A stretch of DNA of 64,000 nt from a bacterium (GTDB lineage: Bacteria > Electryoneota > Electryoneia > Electryoneales > Electryoneaceae), in the NCBI GenBank assembly GCA_963675295.2, contig CAXXKJ010000002.1, positions 2,528,001 through 2,592,000 on the forward strand. The letters are read 5' to 3'. The notes under the pieces are model-generated. The model saw only the letters and a list, made by a program, of their open reading frames with translations, was not told the DNA's origin and searched no databases. Positions 31,632 through 41,091 of this stretch are shown here, piece by piece (within the stretch, counting starts at the first letter, position 1; every line of letters begins with the position of its first letter). Position numbers and translations under genes: made by a program.

Positions 31632-32594
31632 ATGATAGATCAGAATATCATGTACATCATCGCACTTCTAGTGCTGGTGCTGTTTCTTATTACAGTGGCC
31701 AAAGCTACGTTTTTTACAGTTCAGCAGCGTTCTGTCACAGTCATACAGCGTTTTGGGAAGTTTGTTCGTGAAGCGGGACCTGGCATTCATACGAAGATAC
31801 CTTTCATCGACAGAATCGTCGGCCGGGTCAACATGCGTGTCCAACAACTGGATGTTGAGATTGAAACAAAAACCGAGGACAATGTCTTTGTTCGCATGTT
31901 AGTCTCTGTGCAGTATTATGCACTGCCAGATAAGGTCTACGATGCATTTTACAAGCTGGAGAATGCAAATAGGCAAATAACATCCTACGTGTTCGACGTT
32001 GTAAGGGCTCAAGTGCCTAAAATCAGGCTGGATGACGTATTCGAGAAAAAGGATGATATCGCAAACATTGTCATGAGCGAGCTCGCTCAGGTCATGGAAG
32101 GGTTTGGTTATGGAATCCTCAAAGCTCTAGTCACTGACATTGACCCTGATGCGAAAGTGAAAGAGTCGATGAACGAGATCAATGCCGCACAGAGAATGCG
32201 TGTGGCTGCAACCGAGCGTGGTGAAGCGGACAGGATCCTGAAAGTGAAGTCTGCTGAAGGCGAGGCACAAAGCAAAGCCCTTCAGGGCCGTGGCATCGCG
32301 GATCAGCGGCAGGCAATCGTTGCCGGCCTCCGGGATTCAGTCGATGAATTCCGCAAATCCGTACCTGGTACGACAGCCAAGGACGTCATGAACCTGGTTC
32401 TGATGACCCAGTATTTCGATATGCTCAAAGAAATCGGCGCGTCTACAAGAACGAATGCGATTCTGATTCCGCACTCGCCGGGGAATCTTACGAGCCTTAC
32501 AGAACAGATGCGAAATGCGATGATGGAGTCAGAACTGACCGTAAGCTCGTCCAAAACCGCTACGAACGATGTTCCATTGCCGTCAAAGATATAG
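31632..32594 (+). CDS. SPFH/band-7 domain protein
   Basis: N-terminal TM; QRFGKF, ETKTEDNVFV, YVFDVVRA, MNEINAAQR, TQYFD. Confidence 0.9.
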   Translation: MIDQNIMYIIALLVLVLFLITVAKATFFTVQQRSVTVIQRFGKFVREAGPGIHTKIPFIDRIVGRVNMRVQQLDVEIETKTEDNVFVRMLVSVQYYALPDKVYDAFYKLENANRQITSYVFDVVRAQVPKIRLDDVFEKKDDIANIVMSELAQVMEGFGYGILKALVTDIDPDAKVKESMNEINAAQRMRVAATERGEADRILKVKSAEGEAQSKALQGRGIADQRQAIVAGLRDSVDEFRKSVPGTTAKDVMNLVLMTQYFDMLKEIGASTRTNAILIPHSPGNLTSLTEQMRNAMMESELTVSSSKTATNDVPLPSKI

Positions 32595-32733
32595 AGTGGA
32601 AGAGGTTCGGCAGCGTAGGCTCTGTCTGAACGCAACGGAAGTGCAAAGACAAATACAGGCAATAATACGCAAAAAAGTCGGTCCATGATAAACAGGACGC
32701 AGGTTTTACCTTTAGACAGGATTGGAGTAGTCG

Positions 32734-33222
32734 ATGAATACCAAGCGATTGGTTTTTGGATTGGCAGCGTTGCTTCTGTCCTTCACTGCGGTATATGGCA
32801 CCCAGGCAGCAGAGAACAAGTTTCGACTGGGCTTGCAGGGAACGCAGTTTGCAGCAGGGCTCAGCGGAATCATTGATTTCTCAAGCCCATGGGCAGTTCA
32901 GGGCATCGTGGATTTTGGTGCGGACGCCGCTGCGATTCGGATTTTGAACCGATTTACGCAGAAAGAATTCTGGAACGCCTATGGCCAGGGAACGCTGGGG
33001 TTCTGGAATCACGACAACCGGCGCTCCTGGGGATGGTCGGAAGACGACTATCTGAAAAATCATGATGATGGTTTCGGTGCGGGAGTTGGGATTGGCATCG
33101 AGTACGATTGGCGTGGAATTGAGTCTTCACTTCCCCCGATCGGATGGAATATCGAGTTGGGGGCGAGCGTCGTGCCCGCGTTCTATTTCGATATCGGAAT
33201 CGGGGTACATTGGATGTTTTGA
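32734..33222 (+). CDS. Small outer-membrane beta-barrel protein
   Basis: Signal peptide, amphipathic strands, C-terminal Phe (IGVHWMF). Confidence 0.65.
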   Translation: MNTKRLVFGLAALLLSFTAVYGTQAAENKFRLGLQGTQFAAGLSGIIDFSSPWAVQGIVDFGADAAAIRILNRFTQKEFWNAYGQGTLGFWNHDNRRSWGWSEDDYLKNHDDGFGAGVGIGIEYDWRGIESSLPPIGWNIELGASVVPAFYFDIGIGVHWMF

Positions 33223-33354
33223 ATTGATATCAGGTCTTCTTCCGTAGAATTCGGATAACGTATATCCTGCTACAGAAGAGGCAGTATTTAGATATTACTC
33301 GGTTAAACGGGTAGTGTACGGTATGTGATACACGTGAAGAAGTAAGGAGTATGT

Positions 33355-33993
33355 ATGAATTCCATGACCAAGCATTCTGATCGCTCGCTGAGCCGATGGA
33401 TATTAGTTATTGCCATTATTATAGCATCTGTAGTGATAGGAACTTCGTCATGTCGTTCACAAATGCCACATGAACCGATTCATCCAACAGCATTCTCAGT
33501 TCAGACTCCACCGCTGAATACCAGCGTGCCAAGTTCTGAAATCAATGGAGATGTTCGTTGGATTCCGGTCACTGATCCTGAGCAGGTTGGATTGACAGCC
33601 GCAGCAGTAGCGGCCCTTATCGACGCTGTCTATGCCGGCGAATCCGCTGGTTCGACATTCGCAGCTGTGATTCTCTCTCAGACTACCGGTGATCTGACAA
33701 TCGTATACAACGATACGGCGGGGCAGACACCCGTTCCAGTTGGTGGTGTTTTTATTCCGGAAGTTGGATCATTTGCGGAATTTCGCTGTGTTCCTGCTGT
33801 TTACCAGTGCGATAGCGAGGTGTCCCTGGTTGAATCCAAGGTGACGGCAATGGGTGCTACTGGCTCCGTGTGGGTACTCCTCATCGGATACCAGCGCAAT
33901 GTCACGAACGGTACTCACATCGTGAATGAACTGGAAACCAGCAGCTATCAGACCGAATGGGATGCTCCACTAGTTTGGCCGCTTGATCGCTGA
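33355..33993 (+). CDS. Hypothetical exported protein, possible lipoprotein
   Basis: AAGGAG RBS; hydrophobic N-terminus ending TSSC. Confidence 0.6.
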   Translation: MNSMTKHSDRSLSRWILVIAIIIASVVIGTSSCRSQMPHEPIHPTAFSVQTPPLNTSVPSSEINGDVRWIPVTDPEQVGLTAAAVAALIDAVYAGESAGSTFAAVILSQTTGDLTIVYNDTAGQTPVPVGGVFIPEVGSFAEFRCVPAVYQCDSEVSLVESKVTAMGATGSVWVLLIGYQRNVTNGTHIVNELETSSYQTEWDAPLVWPLDR

Positions 33994-34152
33994 AAATTTC
34001 AATACCACCCGGAAATTGGTGCGGATAGATAGAATCTACGCCAGTCGTTTCGCGTGTAGCGAGTCGGATACAAGGTTTTAACAGCACTGAAGAATCGAAC
34101 GTTGCCAGTTGTGCTTGTTGAGTGCTGAACGAAGACAGGTCCTAAGGAGCAG

Positions 34153-34734
34153 ATGATGGATGGAATACAGTCAGATAGGTCAGATCCGCGTGATGAGGAA
34201 CACGATCTTCCTGTTCAACGCTGGAGGAAAAGGCACCGGTACACGTTTGGTATTGCGCTGGTACTTCTCGGCGTGCTGTTTCTTCTGAAGTTCACTGGGT
34301 TGATCGAGTTCACCTGGCCATTGATTCTACTCGTGATTGGCAGCGCCATTCTCGTGGAAACATGGCTGAACCACCGGTCGGGAGGTGTATTTCCCGGAAT
34401 CCTCCTCTGTCTGCTGGCTCTGATCTTCGTGGCGGACAACAACCAATGGGTAGCCGGGGGAGTAACTCGCAATTGGCCGTTTGTGGTGCTCGCAGTCGGA
34501 CTGTCGTTTCTGATTTCAGCCCCCTTTGTTCAGGCTCAGCGAAAGAACTGGATCCCCGGAGTGATCGTACTTGCCGCTGGCGGTTTCTTTTTGTTGTCGG
34601 AATACGAGTGGATCCAATGGGGTGTGGTCAGCGAAGTGCTGAAATGGTGGCCATCTGTCCTGATTATCGTCGGTATCTGGTACCTGTTCCACAACCCTTC
34701 ACATCTGGTTGGGAAGCGAAAGACCGCCGTGTAG
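34153..34734 (+). CDS. LiaF-TM/DUF5668-like membrane protein
   Basis: Repeated 'G..LI..G..FL' / 'WP.IL..G' helical hairpins. Confidence 0.65.
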   Translation: MMDGIQSDRSDPRDEEHDLPVQRWRKRHRYTFGIALVLLGVLFLLKFTGLIEFTWPLILLVIGSAILVETWLNHRSGGVFPGILLCLLALIFVADNNQWVAGGVTRNWPFVVLAVGLSFLISAPFVQAQRKNWIPGVIVLAAGGFFLLSEYEWIQWGVVSEVLKWWPSVLIIVGIWYLFHNPSHLVGKRKTAV

Positions 34735-34927
34735 CTGGTTTCCGGGCAGGATGAACGTTGACTTCGAAAGATTTCACCACGGATCGGCGTTCTTCTTCCA
34801 AGGGGTGGAGAACGGAACACCTGGCCCGAATTGGGTGGTCATGCAGGATATCTGTTTGTCGAACATGAATTCATGAGGCGAACAGAAACGTGACCACGAA
34901 AAGAATTTCCACAGACAGAGGTTACTT

Positions 34928-36373
34928 TTGAGATTACTGCTGATAAATCCGACGAATCCGATCGTCAGCATCGTGAACGTGAAAGAAAGCAGATGGAACC
35001 GGTTCCGCGTGTGGAAGCCGCTCAGCCTGATGACCATTGCGGGACTTACCCCAACGGACTGGGATGTTACCATCGTGGACGAAAATCTCGGCCTGCCTGA
35101 TTATTGGACGATGCCGCAGCCCGACCTGGTGGGTATAACTGCTTTTACGTCGCAGGCCAACCGCGCCTACGAAATCGCAGCGTACTTTGAGCATCTCGGC
35201 GTTCCGGTTGTCATGGGTGGAATTCATGCGACCATGTGTACCGATGAAGCGTTGGAGCACGTTGCTTCCGTGGTCACGGGTGAGGCCGAATCGATCTGGC
35301 CGGATATTCTGGCCGACGTGAAATCGGGCAACTTGAAAACGCTGTATACCGACGAGCGGACGGATTTGTCGAATATTCCACCTCCCCGTCACGACCTGCT
35401 CCCACCGCGATATCCGTTTGGCTCGATTCAGACCACGCGGGGATGTCCGCTGGATTGCAACTTCTGCAGCGTGACGGCGTTCAACGGCACTCATTACCGG
35501 CAACGGCCGATTGCCGATGTCGTGCAGGAATTCAGCCAGATTCAGGAGAAACGTGTCCTCGTTGTCGACGACAACCTGATCGGGACACGACCAGAGCACA
35601 TCGATCGTGCAAAAGAACTGTTTCGAGCTCTTGCGGATGCCAACCTCGGAAAGGAATGGGTTTCGCAAGCCACGATCAACTTCGCGGACGATGAGGAGCT
35701 GCTGACGCTGGCGGAGAAGGCCGGCTGCAAAGGCGTATTCGTTGGATTTGAAACCCCTTCTACGGAAGGACTGAAAGAACTCGGGAAAAGATTCAACTAC
35801 CGGAAACAAAGAGATTTTCGCGCTTCGGTGAAACGGATTCAGAAACACAAAATACTGGTTGTCGGTTCATTCATTATTGGTCTTGATGTGGACGAACCCG
35901 GGATTGGGGTGCGAATCGCGCAAACAGCCAGTGAGTACGGCGTAGACACTCTCAACGCTCTCTTTCTTACTCCCTTGCCCGGCACACGCCTGTGGGACCA
36001 GATGGCCGTGGATGACAGAATCACGAGACATAACTTTCCGGATGATTGGCAATATTTCACCCTCAGCCTGCCAGTGGCGAAATACAAACACTTTTCCGAG
36101 GCGGAAGTCATGACTGAAATGACCAATTGCTACAGTTACTTCTATTCCCTCCCACGGATGTTTAAACGAATCTGGGATGCCTTCTGGTGTCGTCGTCAAC
36201 CGCTGATTTCCTTTGTCGGTAATTTCTCGTTCAGAAGAAACATCAAGCTGGATACCATCGCGTTCAATGATTTCGCGCGCCAGGGAGATCGTGCAACACA
36301 GCCTGCTCTGGACATGCCTTTTTGGCCGACTGATACAAAGCCTGCAACTCTTGAAGCACGAAGCCAGGTTTAG
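34928..36373 (+). CDS. B12-binding radical SAM protein
   Basis: DEN, VGIT, VMGGIHAT, GEAE B12-binding part; TRGCPLDCNFC; GFET; TPLPGT. Confidence 0.9.
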   Translation: MRLLLINPTNPIVSIVNVKESRWNRFRVWKPLSLMTIAGLTPTDWDVTIVDENLGLPDYWTMPQPDLVGITAFTSQANRAYEIAAYFEHLGVPVVMGGIHATMCTDEALEHVASVVTGEAESIWPDILADVKSGNLKTLYTDERTDLSNIPPPRHDLLPPRYPFGSIQTTRGCPLDCNFCSVTAFNGTHYRQRPIADVVQEFSQIQEKRVLVVDDNLIGTRPEHIDRAKELFRALADANLGKEWVSQATINFADDEELLTLAEKAGCKGVFVGFETPSTEGLKELGKRFNYRKQRDFRASVKRIQKHKILVVGSFIIGLDVDEPGIGVRIAQTASEYGVDTLNALFLTPLPGTRLWDQMAVDDRITRHNFPDDWQYFTLSLPVAKYKHFSEAEVMTEMTNCYSYFYSLPRMFKRIWDAFWCRRQPLISFVGNFSFRRNIKLDTIAFNDFARQGDRATQPALDMPFWPTDTKPATLEARSQV

Positions 36374-36790
36374 AATTTCTTGCCGTAATTCCAAAATCAA
36401 TCGTGAGAATTGCGGCAACTCTTTTGCCACGCTGAGTACTTCTGGCCACAGTTGCTTGGTAACGATTGCGGAATATTCAGTCGCATCATCCACCTGCTTC
36501 TCTTTAAATGCAGTTGAATCTGGCGTGTAAGACGAATGGGCTCCTGGTTGATCTTCTACCTACTCAGGTTCGATTCGTGCAAATCAGCAAGGCTTTCAGA
36601 AACGGCCCCCGTAGTGGAGATACCGCCATGCTGGAAATACCGCCATGTTCGGTACCTACGGAGCCCCGGGGTCGAACGCGATTTTCCATAACTTTTCCTT
36701 TGAGAACCTTCGTATGTAGAGTTACTGAAAAAGGCGCCCCGATGTGACCGAAGCGCCCTCTGCTACCTAACCTGTCCTTGGCTGATGTAG

Positions 36791-38593
36791 CTAACTAACC
36801 AACATCACCTTCTGCACCTGGTCGATGTGGCCGGGAACAACTGCGTGCACGAAGTACACACCACTCGCCAGATGGTTGGCGTCAAACGTAAGACGGTGAT
36901 CCCCGGCAGAATGTTGTCCATTGGCAAGGACAGCCACCTGGCGCCCGAGTACGTCATAGACGGTGACGGTGAGCTCTGCCGGTTCGGGCAGGGAAACCGT
37001 GAGCGAGGCGCTGGCATTGAATGGGTTCGGGTATGCGGGGGAGACGCTGAACTCGGTCGGGAGCGGTTCCAGGTTGGTTACCTGTGCATCTGTTGTTTCC
37101 CATGCTTCGTTGCGCCAATCCTCCACATAATATTCACCTAAGCTTGGAACTTCACTTGGCTCTTGTGATCTCAAATCAGCAGACTTCGTGAAACTAAAGT
37201 CTATTGCAAATGCTACGTCCGGATAATAACCAAGAATGCAGCTGTATAAATACACTCCATCTGGCGCGTAGTTTGGAATATATTGCCTGATCTCGTTGTA
37301 CGATACAGTTTGATATCGATGAATCGTACATGTTTCTAAATTTAGTGCGCCTATTATTTCACCATTGGGCAATAATACTTCATTCCAAAAATTAACATCA
37401 TCGTAAGTAACAGGTCTGCTATTACTAATTATTAGGCTATAACTAATGTACCCTCCATCAGGTCCAATTATCGTGTTTAATGGTGTTACTTTATGTGGTG
37501 TAATAGATTGATCGTAATAGAGTAGCCCTTGTGATGAATTGCTTATTAGTTCAACTAAATCATCTTGATCTAAATTAGCAGAATATATAAGTCTTTGTGA
37601 GGTATATCCATCGATTATATGTTTATTCCATACATCATCGTAACTATTAACGTTTTCCCACCAGGCTAAATCGTGTCCAGGACATTGACTGGATATAATA
37701 TCAATATTACTATCATAATCGATATCAGAACAACTTATATATTGTCCTATTGCATCGTAATCTGTAATAATATGCAAAATGAAACTATCATTACCATTAT
37801 TCTCCCACCATGCAAGCCTATTACCGATAATAGGTATAGTTGTAACTATAGATACAATGTCTATGTAGCTATCATTATTAATGTCAGATAGTACTGTTTG
37901 ATTACAATAAATATTATCCTGAACCGTATGATTAGTAAAACTATTGTCGCCATTATTTTCCCACCACGTTACTTTTTCAAACGACAAGTATGAGCAGACT
38001 ATATCCATATATCCATCATTATTAATATCACCTATATCATAGTCTTCAGCTTCATAATCGGTTTGTACGAGATGATATTCCGTAAACTCGTAAGAACCAT
38101 TGTTAATATAGTAATATATGCCATTTATAGTACTTAAAATAATATCATTATCGTTATCTAAATCCAGGTCGCAAGAATATACCTTCTTTGCATAACTATA
38201 AGGAGTTGGCTCAGTTAGTATATGACTTATAAAAGTATTATTTCCCACATATTCCCACCAGAGCAAATAATAGTCCGGTGCAGCAATTCCTAATATGTCA
38301 ACATCGCCATCGTTATCAAAGTCAATCGGGAAGATATCATATAAATAATCAAGATCATGATATAAATCATGCAGTAAAAATATGCCATCTCCGTTATTTA
38401 CTAATATCTTAATGCTATTCGAAGGGTAATCTGTAAAAAATATATCGTTGTCGCCATCGCTATTATAATCTGCTATCTTTATAATATCAGCCTCAAATCC
38501 TGCGCCAACAACGTTTTCAATCCAAAACGGCTGCGTCTGTGCGAGTAGCAATGTCGGAAATATAAAAATAATAAGCGCAAACCACCGAGTCAT
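36791..38593 (-). CDS. FG-GAP/VCBS-repeat secreted protein with T9SS type-A CTD
   Basis: Repeated DxDxDGDxDI...WWENxG; C-terminal AYPNPFN...VYDVLGRQV...LASGVYFV...QKVMLVS. Confidence 0.88.
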   Translation of the reverse strand: MTRWFALIIFIFPTLLLAQTQPFWIENVVGAGFEADIIKIADYNSDGDNDIFFTDYPSNSIKILVNNGDGIFLLHDLYHDLDYLYDIFPIDFDNDGDVDILGIAAPDYYLLWWEYVGNNTFISHILTEPTPYSYAKKVYSCDLDLDNDNDIILSTINGIYYYINNGSYEFTEYHLVQTDYEAEDYDIGDINNDGYMDIVCSYLSFEKVTWWENNGDNSFTNHTVQDNIYCNQTVLSDINNDSYIDIVSIVTTIPIIGNRLAWWENNGNDSFILHIITDYDAIGQYISCSDIDYDSNIDIISSQCPGHDLAWWENVNSYDDVWNKHIIDGYTSQRLIYSANLDQDDLVELISNSSQGLLYYDQSITPHKVTPLNTIIGPDGGYISYSLIISNSRPVTYDDVNFWNEVLLPNGEIIGALNLETCTIHRYQTVSYNEIRQYIPNYAPDGVYLYSCILGYYPDVAFAIDFSFTKSADLRSQEPSEVPSLGEYYVEDWRNEAWETTDAQVTNLEPLPTEFSVSPAYPNPFNASASLTVSLPEPAELTVTVYDVLGRQVAVLANGQHSAGDHRLTFDANHLASGVYFVHAVVPGHIDQVQKVMLVS

Positions 38594-38746
38594 TTTCCCA
38601 TCCTCCGGTCGGGTGTTGAAGTTTCAATCGATGTTGAAAAGATACGGACCATTGTACGCAGATTCGCGAAAACCCCAACGCTGTTTATCGCTGGGGCTTG
38701 CTTTTGCTCTCGGAGATTAGCTGGTAGGCATCGGTTAGGGGATCGG

Positions 38747-39877
38747 TTATCCAATCCGTTTTTGGTCAGGGAGCACGCCGGAGATCAGATCACTTGCCAG
38801 TTCTGATCCTCGCCGGAGTGCTTCATCCCGAAGGTGAGCGTATCGCTGCGTGGGCTGAGGTGATTTGTGCGTCAGGAGCCGTTGCAGGATGTACAGATCA
38901 ACTTGTCCTGACGAGGCGAGCATGGAAGCGAACACATGCCTCAGACCGTGAAACGGACGGAATTCCTTCGGGAGATCGGCAGCTTCTTTGATTCTATTTG
39001 CTTGTCGTCTCACGTCTACACGTTGTCCGCCGTTCCTGCCGGGAAATACATAGGAGCTGGTGCGAGGCTGTTTGGCAATGATCCGCCAGACTTGCTCGTT
39101 CAAAGGGATCGTTTCGTTCAGGCCACCCTTAGGATCACGAAGAATGATGAAACCTCGCTCGGAGTTCACGTCCTGCCATTCCAACCGTAGAATCTCGCCG
39201 CGACGCATGCCGGTCAGTAGCGCCAGTTTCATCATCGCCGCTACCTGTTGGTCTTCAGCTTCTTCAAGTGCGTTCCACAACCGCCCGATCTGTTCGGGAG
39301 TGAGGTCTTCTGTGCGGACGTTGTTCACGCGAGGCATTTCACCGAGATAGGATGGGGTGGGGCAGAGCCCGCGCTTGGAAGCATAGTTTATCAGCCTACG
39401 TAACAGTTCCATCACATGGTGAACGGACGCAGCCGCAAGTCCCTTAGCTTCCAGTTCCTGCCGGAGCTTGTCAAACTCAAGCGGGGTAATCTGCTTCGGC
39501 TGCTTGTCGCCTACCGTTTCGGCCAAGTGCTTTTCAAACCGGTTCTTGTCCTGAACTATACCCTTCAGGGAACGTGAACCACTGTATTCTTCCCATAAAC
39601 GGTCAATAGTCCAAGGCTCGGTTTGTCGCTCACGTTCACGCCGTTGCCGTACTTCCTGCCGGGATTCGCGTCTACCTTCGATCCGAGCGGCTCTGATCTT
39701 GGCAGCCTTGGCCGGAGTCATGTTATCCGCATGCTGCCGTCCGGCTTTCTCTTCCAGCACCTTGCCGTCTCGTTTGAATATGACGTAGTAGCTTTTCTCC
39801 GTGCCGTTACCACCAGCACGCGGGACCTCGCGATAGAACACGCCAGGGTAGTTTGTCTTGAATCGTTTCCGGCTCAT
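38747..39877 (-). CDS. Tyrosine recombinase / site-specific integrase
   Basis: TGMRRGE (R), PKGG (K), HGLRH (HxxR), LLTH, TQRYAH (Y). Confidence 0.95.
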   Translation of the reverse strand: MSRKRFKTNYPGVFYREVPRAGGNGTEKSYYVIFKRDGKVLEEKAGRQHADNMTPAKAAKIRAARIEGRRESRQEVRQRRERERQTEPWTIDRLWEEYSGSRSLKGIVQDKNRFEKHLAETVGDKQPKQITPLEFDKLRQELEAKGLAAASVHHVMELLRRLINYASKRGLCPTPSYLGEMPRVNNVRTEDLTPEQIGRLWNALEEAEDQQVAAMMKLALLTGMRRGEILRLEWQDVNSERGFIILRDPKGGLNETIPLNEQVWRIIAKQPRTSSYVFPGRNGGQRVDVRRQANRIKEAADLPKEFRPFHGLRHVFASMLASSGQVDLYILQRLLTHKSPQPTQRYAHLRDEALRRGSELASDLISGVLPDQKRIG

Positions 39878-40069
39878 TTTGCTCGCCCCTTTTCAAGCCC
39901 AAAGGTCGGTTGGAATCATCCCGTTCCAACCTCTGTTCCAACCTCCAGCAGAAAGTAAAGGGGAAAAAGAGCGAAAGCAAGAGTAAAACGCTAAGAACAT
40001 AAACAGCGTATTAACAACATAATAGAGTGATACAGGGGAATTCGGAGGGGTGGGGAGGAAGGCAATTTC

Positions 40070-40138
40070 TTGGGCTCATAACCCAAAGGTCGCGGGTTCA
40101 AATCCCGCCCCCGCTACCAAGAAATAGACGGGACTTCC
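40070..40138 (+). repeat. attR direct repeat (3' half of tRNA-fMet)
   Basis: 69-bp identity to 22588-22656; lacks the tRNA 5' half. Confidence 0.95.
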
Positions 40139-40231
40139 GAAGATTCGGGAGTCCCGTTTTGTGTGTTGTGCTTGACGATCCCGCCGAGATTCAACCCGGG
40201 ACCCAGACGCCGTGTGTACGTCCAGTCCGGG

Positions 40232-40705
40232 TCAGTCGCCACTGCGGTACATCGCCCGCGTTTCTTCGATCCAGAACAGTGGCTCTTTGTAGATGGAGCA
40301 TTCCGAACAGGTCTGGCTCAGGCAGCCGCCGGAGTCCCGGTGGTGCGTCCAGCATGGATTTGACGGACTGTTAACGAAGGCGCATTTGTCACGATCTTCG
40401 CTGGAGCAGCTGTGAATCTGCCAGCAGGGAAGCAGGGCGCACAACCGCACCAGTGACTTCAGGTTCAGCTTGTTCGCGTCCATGTATTCACGCAATCGGG
40501 CGATCCGCTCGACCTCGACTCCATTGACCCAACGGTAACCGCGCCGGTCGCGTGGGAACACTGTCAGCCCGATCGAATCGTAGTTTCGCAACGTGGACGC
40601 CGACACGCCCAGCTGTTCCGCGGCATCGCTGATCGGGATGGCATCCGGCAGAATGCCCGGCTCATCCTGAAGCAGAAGTTGATCCCGCGGATCGTTGACC
40701 GTCAT
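40232..40705 (-). CDS. MerR-family HTH regulator with Cys-rich (two-CW-like) C-terminus
   Basis: ISDAAEQLGVSASTLRNYDSIGL..P.R...GYR; CWQIHSC...C...CW...C...CSEC. Confidence 0.8.
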   Translation of the reverse strand: MTVNDPRDQLLLQDEPGILPDAIPISDAAEQLGVSASTLRNYDSIGLTVFPRDRRGYRWVNGVEVERIARLREYMDANKLNLKSLVRLCALLPCWQIHSCSSEDRDKCAFVNSPSNPCWTHHRDSGGCLSQTCSECSIYKEPLFWIEETRAMYRSGD

Positions 40706-41088
40706 GACGGAACGCTCAGCAGGTTGTCGACCAGACGAAGCATTTCGTCCTGATCCACCGGCTTGGCGAGGTAGCCGTCCGGCGCCGGGACCTGCTTGCG
40801 TGTCGAAATAAACGTCTTCATGTCGCGGGCAACACCGCTGATGACGATGATCGGCGTGTGCGGTTCACCCTCACCACGCATCTCGCGGTAAAACTTCAAG
40901 CCGCTAACCTCCGGCATGCTGAGGTCGAGTGTGATCAGGTCGTAGCTTGTCGCGGCAGCTTTTTCCAGGCCGATCTGGCCGTCTTCTGCGGTATCCACGG
41001 AATACCCGTGGTCCTCTAGCAATGCCGCGAAAAACGTTCTCGTATCGGCTTCGTCGTCAACGACCAGGATTCGTGGTTTGTGCTCCAT
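40702..41088 (-). CDS. Single-domain response regulator
   Basis: ILVVDDE, LITLDLSMP, IVISG, YLAKP. Confidence 0.92.
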   Translation of the reverse strand: MEHKPRILVVDDEADTRTFFAALLEDHGYSVDTAEDGQIGLEKAAATSYDLITLDLSMPEVSGLKFYREMRGEGEPHTPIIVISGVARDMKTFISTRKQVPAPDGYLAKPVDQDEMLRLVDNLLSVPS

Positions 41089-41091
41089 CGA

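Noticed and set aside
40070-40119. Second tRNA-Met gene
   Set aside because: Only the 3' half is present; it is the attR duplication
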